A stretch of 64,000 nucleotides of DNA from Eledone cirrhosa (Eukaryota), in NCBI GenBank assembly GCA_964016885.1, contig OZ024741.1, positions 165,540,001 through 165,604,000 of the forward strand, read 5' to 3'. Both the position numbers and the translations under genes were made by a program. How positions within the stretch are numbered: the stretch's first letter is position 1; each line of letters starts with the position of its first letter. Of this stretch, positions 53,566 through 64,000 are shown in pieces. The notes under the pieces are model-generated. The model was not told where the DNA came from, did no database searches, and saw only the letters and a list, made by a program, of their open reading frames with translations.

Positions 53566-55700
53566 TATATTTGTGTATATATGTATGTTGAATATATATT
53601 TGTGTATATATGTATGTTGAATATATATTTGTGTATATGTATGTTGAATATATATTTGTGTATATATGTATGTTGAATATATATTTGTGTATATGTATGT
53701 TGAATATATATTTGTATATATGTATCTTGAATATATATTTGTGTATATGTATGTTGAATATATATTTGTGTATATATGTATGTTGAATATATATTTGTGT
53801 ATATGTATGTTGAATATATATTTGTGTATATATGTATGTTGAATATTTATTTGTGTATATGTATGTTGAATATATATTTGTGTATATATGTATGTTGAAT
53901 ATATATTTGTGTATATATGTATGTTGAATATATATTTGTGTATATATGTATGTTGAATATATATTTGTGTGTATATGTATGTTGAATATATATTTGTGTA
54001 TATGTATGTTGAATATATATTTGTGTATATATGTATGTTGAATATATATTTGTGTATATATGTATGTTCTACATATATTTGTGTATATATGTCTGTTGTA
54101 TAATATATGTGTATATATGTATGTTGAATATATATTTGTGTATATGTATGTTGAATATATATTTGTGTATATATGTATGTTGAATATATATTTGTGTATA
54201 TGAATGTTGAATATATATTTGTGTATATATGTATGTTGAATATATATTTGTATATATATATATGTTGAATATATATTTGTGTATATATGTTGAATATATA
54301 TTTGTGTATATATGTGTGTTGAATATATATGTGAATATGTATGTTGAATATATATTTGTATATATGAATTTTGAATATATATTTGTGTATCTATGTATGT
54401 TGAATATATATTTGTGTATATATGTATGTTGAATATATATTTGTGTATATATGTATGTTGAATATATATTTGTGTATATATGTATGTTGAATATATATTT
54501 GTGTATATGTATGTTGAATATATATTTGTGTATATGTATGTTGAATATATATTTGTGTATATATGTGTGTTGAATATATATTTGTGTATATATCTATGTT
54601 GAACATATATTTGTGTATATATGTATGTTGAATATATATTTGTGTATATGTATGTTGAATATATATTTGTGTATATGAATTTTGAATATATATTTGTGTA
54701 TATATGTATGTTGAATATATATTTGTGTATATGTATGTTGAATATATATTTGTGTATATGTATGTTGAATATATATTTGTGTATATGTATGTTGGATATA
54801 TATTTGTGTATATGTATGTTGAATATATATTTGTGTATATGAATGTTGAATATATATTTGTGTATATATGTATGTTGAATATATATTTGTGTATATGTAT
54901 GTTGAATATATATTTGTGTATATATGTATCTTGAATATATATTTGTGTATATATGTATGTTGAATATATATTTGTGTATATGTATGTTGAATATATATTT
55001 GTGTATATATGTATGTTGAATATATATTTGTGTATATGTATGTTGAATATATATTTGTGTATATGTATGTTGGATATATATTTGTGTATATGTATGTTGA
55101 ATATATATTTGTGTATATGAATGTTGAATATATATTTGTGTATATATGTATGTTGAATATATATTTGTGTATATGTATGTTGAATATATATTTGTGTATA
55201 TATGTATCTTGAATATATATTTGTGTATATATGTATGTTGAATATATATTTGTGTATATGTATGTTGAATATATATTTGTGTATATATGTATGTTGAATA
55301 TATATTTGTGTATATGTATGTTGAATATATATTTGTGTATATATGTATGTTGAATATATATTTGTGTATATGCATGTTGAATATATATTTGTGTATATGC
55401 ATGTTGTACATATATTTGTGTATATATGTCTGTTGTATTATATATGTGTATATAAGTATGTTGAATATATATTTGTGTATATGTATGTTGCATTATATAT
55501 TTGTGTATATGAATGTTGAATATATATTTGTGTATATATGTATGTTGAATATATATTTGTATATATATATATGTTGAATATATATTTGTGTATATATGTT
55601 GAATATATATTTGTGTATATATGTGTGTTGAATATATATGTGAATATGTATGTTGAATATATATTTGTGTATATGTATGGTGAATATATATTTGTGTTGA
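53566..55700. repeat. 26/28-bp AT-rich minisatellite (TATGTATGTTGAATATATATTTGTGTA)
   Basis: About 2.1 kb; source of the spurious 618-aa ORF. Confidence 0.97.
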
Positions 55701-55740
55701 ATAATATATGTTTCTATATATGTACGTTTAAATATCTATT

Positions 55741-55781
<41 letters not shown>

Positions 55782-56561
55782 AATTATCTATTTGTGTATA
55801 TATATATATATGTATGTTGTATTATATATTTGTGTATATTTGCGTTAAAATATATATTTGTGTATGTATGCATTACATATTTAACAAAACTAATAATAGA
55901 ACTATATAATATTCATATATATATATATATATATACACAAACACACTTAGACATGTATGAATATATATATGTATATATATACACACATATACACACACAT
56001 ATATACATACACATATACACACACACTTTTCTATATATATATACACACACCACACACACAAACACATTTATATATGCTTATATGTACATATACCTACAGA
56101 TGTATATATAAATATATAGATACATACATTATATATACCCATTCACATGTATATACTCACACACAAACGTGTGCATTGTGTGTTTAAATATGTACATCTA
56201 CATATGCATCTGAGAGAGTTTGTTATTTTTTTTTTTGTGAAGATAGTATTTTTTTTTATGAAGTTTATTGATTAAATTCATATGGGAGATACAGAATCTA
56301 TTTCGAACTCTGAAGAATTGAAAAAAAAACAAATTTCTTCTTCTTTATTATATTAATGATTCCAATGAACATGATGATGATGAATGAACAATTACATTTG
56401 CTAATAAGGTCATTAAAGATAACCATTAAATTACTTACTAATCCTACCAATAATGTATTGGTTTCTTATCTTCATTTTGATGTTGTACAACTAATGAAGT
56501 AAAATAATAATGAATCAACTAATTAACTCTTTTAAGGTAGTTTGTTACCAAACTACCTTAA

Positions 56562-56784
56562 CACTTTAGCATTTAAACCGGTCATATCCAGCCAGAATTT
56601 TCTCACTTCTTTCTGTTCAAACCGGCTGTAACCAGCCACTTATACCTATGTTAAGGTATTGTTATCAAAATAAATAATATCAAAATCTCGTAGTTTTAAT
56701 ATCATGTGAAATAATTATGTGTGATAAAGCCTTTACCGAGGAAAAAAACAATAGTATATATAGAGTAATGTAAATGCTAAAGGG
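56562..56784. mobile_element. TTAA MITE family 1 inserted in the first satellite unit
   Basis: AAACTACC-TTAA[...GGG]TTAA-ACTACC. Confidence 0.85.
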
Positions 56785-59700
56785 TTAAACTACCTCTGGA
56801 TCAGTGATACCAAACTACCTTAAACTACCCTTGGTTCTGAGATACCAAACTACCTTAATCTACCCCTGGATCACTGATACCAAACTACCTTAAACTATCC
56901 CTGGTTCAGTGATGCCAAACTACCTTAAACTACCCCTGGTTCAGTGATGCCAAACTACCTTAAACTACCCCTGGTTCAGTGATGACAAACTACCTTAAAC
57001 TACCCCTGGTTCTGAGATACCAAACTACCTTAATCTACCCCTGGATCACTGATACCAAACTACCTTAAACTATCCCTGGTTCAGTGATGCCAAACTACCT
57101 TAAACTACCCCTGGTTCAGTGATGCCAAACTACCTTAAACTACCCCTGGTTCAGTGATGACAAACTACCTTAAACTACCCCTGGATCAGTGATACCAAAC
57201 TACCTTAAACTACCACTGGTTCTGAGATACCAAACTACCTTAAACTACCCCTGGTTCTGAGATACCAAACTACCTTAAACTACCCCTGGTTCAGTGATAC
57301 CAAACTACCTTAAACTACCCCTGGTTCTGAGATACCAAACTACCTTAAACTACCTCTGGATCAGTGATACCAAACTACCTTAAACTACCACTGGTTCTGA
57401 GACACCAAACTACCTTAAACTACCCCTGGTTCTGTGATACCAAACTACCTTAAACTACCCCTGGTTCTGAGATACCAAACTACCTTAAACTACCCCTGGT
57501 TCTGTGATACCAAACTACCTTAAACTACCCCTGGTTCAGTGATACCAAACTACCTTAAACTACCCCTGGTTCTGAGATACCAAACTACCTTAAACTACCT
57601 CTGGATCAGTGATACCAAACTACCTTAAACTACCCCTGGTTCTGAGATACCAAACTACCTTAAACTACCCCTGGTTCTGTGATACCAAACTACCTTAAAC
57701 TACCCCTGATTCTGAGATACCAAACTACCTTAAACTAACCCTGGTTCTGAGATACCAAACTACCTTAAACTACCCCTGGTTCTGAGATACCAAACTACCT
57801 TAAACTACCCCTGGTTCTGTGATACCAAACTACCTTAAACTACCCCTGGTTCTGAGATACCAAACTACCTTAAACTACCCATGGTTCAGTGATACCAAAC
57901 TACCTTAAACGACCCCTGGTTCTGAGACACCAAACTACCTTAAACTACCTCTGGATCAGTGATACCAAACTACCTTAAACTACCTCTGGTTCTGAGATAC
58001 CAAACTACCTTAAACTACCCCTGGTTCTGTGATACTAAACTACCTTAAACTAACCCTGGTTCTGAGATACCAAACTACCTTAAACTACCCCTGGTTCTGA
58101 GATACCAAACTACCTTAAACTACCCATGGTTCAGTGATACCAAACTACCTTAAACTACCCCTTGTTCTGAGACACCAAACTACCTTAAACTACCTCTGGA
58201 TCAGTGATACCAAACTACCTTAAACTACCCCTGGTTCTGAGATACCAAACTACCTTAAACTACCTCTGGTTCTGTGATACCAAACTACCTTAAACTACCC
58301 CTGGTTCTGAGATACCAAACTACCTTAAACTACCCCTGGTTCTGAGATACCAAACTACCTTAAACTACCCCTGGTTCAGTGATACCAAACTAACTTAAAC
58401 TACCCCTGGTTCTGAGATACCAAACTACCTTAAACTACCCCTGGTTCTGAGATACCAAACTACCTTAAACTACCCCTGGTTCTGAGATACCAAACTACCT
58501 TAAACTACCCCTGGTTCTGAGACACCAAACTACCTTAAACTACCCATGGTTCAGTGATACCAAACTACCTTAAACTACCCCTGGTTCTGAGATACCAAAC
58601 TACCTTAAACTACTCCTGGTTCAGTGATACCAAACTACCTTAAACTACCCCTGGATCAGTGATACCAAACTACCTTAAACTACCCCTCGTTCTGAGATAC
58701 CAAACTACCTTAAACTACCCCTGGTTCTGAGATACCAAACTACCTTAAGCTACCCCTGAATCAGTGATACCAAACTACCTTAAACTACCCCTGGTTCTGA
58801 GATACCAAACTACCTTAAACTACTCCTGGTTCAGTGATACCAAACTACCTCAAACTACCCCTGGATCAGTGATACCAAACTACCTTAAACTACCCCTCGT
58901 TCTGAGATACCAAACTACCTTAAACTACCCCTGGTTCTGAGATACCAAACTACCTTAAACTACCCCTGAATCAGTGATACCAAACTACCTTAAACTACCC
59001 TTGGTTCTGAGATACCAAACTACCTTAAACTACCCTTGGATTTGTGATACCAAACTACCTTAAACTACCCCTGGATCAGTGATACCAAACTACCTTAAAC
59101 TACCCCTGGTTCTGAGATACCAAACTACCTTAAACTACCCCTGAATCAGTGATACCAAACTACCTTAAACTACCCCTAGTTCTGAGACACCAAACTACCT
59201 TAAACTACCCTTGGATCAGTGATACCAAACTACCTTAAACTACCCCTGGTTCAGTGATACCAAACTACCTTAAACTACCCCTGGTTCTGAGATACCAAAC
59301 TACCTTAAACTACCCCTGGTTCTGAGATACCAAACTACCTTAAACTACCCCTGGTTCAGTGATACCAAACTACCTTAAACTACCCCTGGTTCTGAGATAC
59401 CAAACTACCTTAAACTACTTCTGGATCAGTGATACCAAACTACCCCTGGATCAGTGATACCAAATTACCTTAAACTACCCCTGGTTCTGAGATACCAAAC
59501 TACCTTAAACTACCCCTGGTTCTGAGATACCAAACTACCTTAAACTACCCCTGGTTCAGTGATACCAAACTACCTTAAACTACCCCTGGTTCTGAGATAC
59601 CAAACTACCTTAAACTACTTCTGGATCAGTGATACCAAACTACCCCTGGATCAGTGATACCAAATTACCTTAAACTACCCCTGGTTCTGAGATACCAAAC

Positions 59701-60950
59701 TACCTTAAACTACCCCTGGTTCTGAGATACCAAACTACCTTAAACTACCCTTGGATCAGTGATACCAAACTACCTTAAACTACCCCTGGATCAGTGATAC
59801 CAAACTACCTTAAACTACCCCTGGATCAGTGATACCAAACTACCTTAAACTACCCCTGGATCAGTGATACCAAACTACCTTAAACTACCCCTGGTTCTGA
59901 GATACCAAACTACCTTAAACTACCCCTCGTTCTGAGATACCAAACTACCTTAAACTACCCCTGGATCAGTGATACCAAACTACCTTAAACTACCCCTCGT
60001 TCTGAGATACCAAACTACCTTAAACTACCCCTCATTCTGAGATACCAAACTACCTTAAACTACCCCTGAATCAGTGATACCAAACTACCTTAAACTACCC
60101 TTGGTTCTGAGACACCAAACTACCTTAAACTACCCTTGGATTTGTGATACCAAACTACCTTAAACTACCCCTGGATCAGTGATACCAAACTACCTTAAAC
60201 TACCCCTGGTTCTGAGATACCAAACTACCTTAAACTACCCCTGAATCAGTGATACCAAACTACCTTAAACTACCCCTGGTTCTGAGACACCAAACTACCT
60301 TAAACTACCCTTGGATCAGTGATACCAAACTACCTTAAACTACCCCTGGTTCAGTGATACCAAACTACCTTAAACTACCCCTGGTTCTGAGATACCAAAC
60401 TACCTTAAACTACCCCTAGTTCTGAGATACCAAACTACCTTAAACTACCCCTGGTTCAGTGATACCAAACTACCTTAAACTACCCCTGGTTCTGAGATAC
60501 CAAACTACCTTAAACTACTTCTGGATCAGTGATACCAAACTACCCCTGGATCAGTGATACCAAACTACCTTAAACTACCCCTGGTTCTGAGATACCAAAC
60601 TACCTTAAACTACCCCTGGTTCTGAGATACCAAACTACCTTAAACTACCCCTGGATCAGTGATACCAAACTACCTTAAACTACCCCTGGATCAGTGATAC
60701 CAAACTACCTTAAACTACCCCTGGATCAGTGATACCAAACTACCTTAAACTACCCCTGGTTCTGAGACACCAAACTACCTTAAACTACCCTTGGATCAGT
60801 GATACCAAACTACCTTAAACTACCCCTGGATCAGTGATACCAAACTACCTTAAACTACCCCTGGATTAGTGATACCAAACTACCTTAAACTACCCCTGGA
60901 TCAGTGATACCAAACTATCTTAAACTACCCCTGGTTCTGAGATACTAAAC
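56785..60950. repeat. 35-bp satellite, ~119 copies
   Basis: Unit GATACCAAACTACCTTAAACTACCCCTGGTTCTGA with TCTGA/TCAGT/TCTGT variants. Confidence 0.98.
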
Positions 60951-60984
60951 GGTTTCTTCTTTTTTTAAAGTATTTATATTTATC

Positions 60985-61777
60985 TAATTGAATGTTAAGG
61001 AAAGGAATAAAAAGAATACGATCTCCAGTACAAGCAGCCAAAATATAAGGTTCCTCCAAAGGGTCTTTGCAGTAACATTACTCTATAAAGTGTGTAGCTC
61101 AGAGATTAGAGAATCATTCCAGGTAGAGCAGTTACTTCTCCGAATTGAGAGATCACAGCTCTGATACTATGGGCATGTGGCTAGAATGTCTCAGGAAAGA
61201 ATCGCTGGACAGATAGATTTTATGAGCAAAGCCAACCAGCAAGAGACCCAAGGGTAGGCCCTGAGCAAGATGGTCAGATAACAACCATGAGCTTGGCTGG
61301 TCATGCTTGGGATCCAGATGGATCATTTGGAGACGGTTGCTTCTGACAGGACCTGCGAGGAGGAGGAGGAGGAGGAGGAAGAGGAAGAGGAAGAGGAGGA
61401 GGAGGAGGAAGGGGAAGAGGAAGAGGAAGAGGAGAAGGAGAAGAAGAAGAAGAAGAAGAAGAAGAAGAAGAAGAAGAGGCAGTGTGCCTTAGTGGTTAAG
61501 TAGCTTGGATTAAAATCAAAAGGTCAACTGAGCAGAGTGTTTCGTCCTTGAGCAAGACACTTTATTCAACGTTGTTCCAGCTCCGCTCAGCTGGCAAAAG
61601 TGAGGTGTACCTGTAATTCAAGAGGCCAGCTTTGTCATGCACTGTGTTACACTGAATGTCTCTGAGAACTATGTTATAGGTGGATGTGCCACTTACATGT
61701 TAATTCCATGAGCAGGCTGTTCGGTTGATTGAATCAAGCACTTATCATTGGAAATGACAAGGGTCCAAGACACACAC
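60985..61777 (+). mobile_element. Composite insertion: decayed RTE C-terminus + (GAG)n/(GAA)n + SINE
   Basis: LLLRIERSQL*YYGHVARM remnant; tRNA-like head at ~61478; flanked by the direct repeat ATATTTATC (60976, 61778). Confidence 0.7.
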
Positions 61778-63454
61778 ATATTTATCAAAAACCTTCTATC
61801 ATAATTCTATGTAAGAACCTTTTTTAAGTTATGCTCCAAACACCAGATAAATAATGAGAAAGTTATATTACTAAGTCTGTCCAAGTACTTAATTATTTTC
61901 AAAACTAATTGGAAATCATAGATACTGGTTCAATAAAAATACGGAAAGAAAAGGGTTAAAAGATTTAAATCGCTTCTCTATACATCAGATATTTTTATGT
62001 TACAGGGAACAATCAACAATGACAAGCAACACTAAGATAATAGCATCTTTTTTTATAAAGTTATTGATTTATTTCTCATGCAGCTGAACTAGAATAGGTA
62101 TAAAAGAGAGAAGGATCCCCATTATCATGCCTTGTGGTACTTATTGTGGAGCTCTGAGCTAAAATGTGGCTGATGTCAACTTTGCTTTTTATCTTTTCAG
62201 GTTCAATAAAATACAAGTCCATGACCCCGAGTTGATGAAAATATTAGAGCATTAGACACGATACCCTGCAGTATTTGTTTCTACACATTGCATTCTGAGT
62301 CCTTGGGGTGAGGTTTACAATCCGAGGAGTCATAACACTTGAAACCAAAAAGGCTCATCCAACCCATGCCAACATGGATTGGATAGGACTTTTGGGGGTA
62401 GAGTTTTACGTTTGTATGGCCTTCCTGACACTAACCCTTTAACATTATGTATACTATTGCATTGTCATGGTAAAGGCTTTATCTCACATAATTATTTCAC
62501 ATAATATTGAATCTAAGAGATTTTGATATTATTCATTTTGAGAATAATACCTTAATGTCAGTATGAGGGACTGGTTATAGCAAGTTTGAACAAAAAGAGG
62601 TGAGAGAATTCTGGCTGGATCTGGCTGGTTTAAATGCTAAAGGGTTAAGTCACCTCCTTGGGACATGCAGGGATACAGAGTAACTATTATAAAAACTACA
62701 ATACTCATGGATCAGATTGTGTAACTTATAGCTTTCAGAAACTCTTACATATTGTATGTAGTTTTAACCCTTGTATGACTATTTCTAATGAAATACACTG
62801 CATTTTAATTAATTAATGAAAAACATTGAGGAATTTACTAAAATTGTTAATTATTTCATCACCAAGAGAGTAACTTAAAATATGGTTCTCATAAAATTAT
62901 GTAGGAAAATTTTAATTCAAAAAGAAACCCTTTAAAATGGTTGGTTTTATTTTATAGAATCAGAACTACTTTTCACCAGGTTGGTATCAAAAGGGTTAAA
63001 GATTTAAGTGGGAATTGTAAAACTGGAAATTAAAACTGTCATTTTTTGTTACTGGTTAATCAGAGGGGTGGGCAGAACCCTTGATTTTATGCATTTAGGG
63101 CCTCCACGCGGACTGAAAAGAAGGTGTCCTTAAACCACAATCCTGGCCCAAATATTTTCAGCAGAGTGAACTCAAGGAACAGGAATTGGGGTTAAATCAG
63201 GTAACAGATTAAGTCTACCACTCCATTGAGGACAGAAGGTAAAGAGCCAGAATTTGTCCCGTTTAAGGTTCTCATAACTCTGTTCATCCAGAGTATTGGT
63301 TTTTTTAATTTTTATTGACCCTGTGAAGATGAAAGGCGCAGTAGGCTTTGTTAGAATTTGAATCCAGAGTGCAGAGATTTGGAACTAATACCATTAGACA
63401 TACAAGAAAACTTTCTAACCACATCACAATACAACCATTATAAAACTTCATTAA

Positions 63455-63765
63455 CCCTTTTGTTACTACATTTCTAATGTAAGACACTGTCTCTGATTTT
63501 GAAATAATTTTGAAAATACTCAAGAATTTAATGGGATTTAGTAATATAATTTTCTCATTATCAAGCTGGTGTTTGGAACATAATCTAACAAAGGTTCTTA
63601 CATTAATTTTGTAACATAATTTAACAAAGGTTCTTACATAAAATTTGGAACATCACTTATATAAAATTATTATGGAAGGTTTTTAGATAAATATGAATAT
63701 TTTAAAACAAATAGTTTTAGATCATAGAAGGAGAAACAGTTTCAGGCGATTTGATATCAAAAGGG
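63455..63765. mobile_element. TTAA MITE family 2
   Basis: TTAA-CCCTTTTG...CAAAAGGG-TTAA; related copy at 62768-62995. Confidence 0.8.
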
Positions 63766-64000
63766 TTAACATATTGATTTTTTTCTTCTTGCCGCAATGG
63801 GTATGATTTTAATTAGATACATTTTTGGGACATTATTACAAAATTTGATAGAAATATCAGAGATGGCTCATTAATGGTATTTCTTTAATTAACAATGAAA
63901 TGTTCTTTAATCTTTTACTGGTTTCAGTCATTAGACTGTGGCCATGCTGATACATCACCTTCATTTAGTCGAACATGTTAACCACAATACATTATTTTTC

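Larger units (their letters stand above)
56527..61955. mobile_element. TTAA MITE family 2 expanded by a satellite and nested insertions
   Basis: The ends and 61787-61955 align with the intact copy at 63455-63765 (reverse complement). Confidence 0.7.

Noticed and set aside
53555-55493. 618-aa and 299-aa ORFs
   Set aside because: Artefacts of a 26/28-bp minisatellite whose mixed unit lengths shift frame.
56785-60950. CRISPR-like array (35-bp repeat)
   Set aside because: Units are contiguous with no unique spacers, there are no cas genes, the context is eukaryotic and the unit is MITE-derived.
61303-61503. Poly-E/K protein
   Set aside because: (GAG)n/(GAA)n microsatellite following an RTE remnant.

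Overview
This is repeat-saturated, AT-rich animal DNA, most likely octopus or another coleoid cephalopod (inferred from the SINE/RTE repertoire and the huge (TA)n/(CA)n load). No host gene can be confidently called, and nearly all listed ORFs are microsatellite or repeat artefacts. The one credible CDS is an intact RTE-clade LINE ORF (20269-23523, minus; APE endonuclease + RT + embedded PHD-type Zn finger). Upstream of it in window coordinates are eight co-oriented 5'-truncated copies of the same family, one with an 8x112-bp amplification. The window also holds at least four tRNA-derived SINE families, TTAA/piggyBac-type, mariner, pogo, Tc1 and hAT MITEs, an R4/Dong fragment and several minisatellites born inside transposons. 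The most striking unannotated signal is more than 15 type-I hammerhead-ribozyme motifs from about six sequence families, one showing a compensatory base change. Several sit in long fold-back palindromes with a one-sided tail, inserted in (TA)n tracts, which fits non-autonomous Penelope-like/retrozyme elements. All structures were folded by eye and none has been tested computationally.
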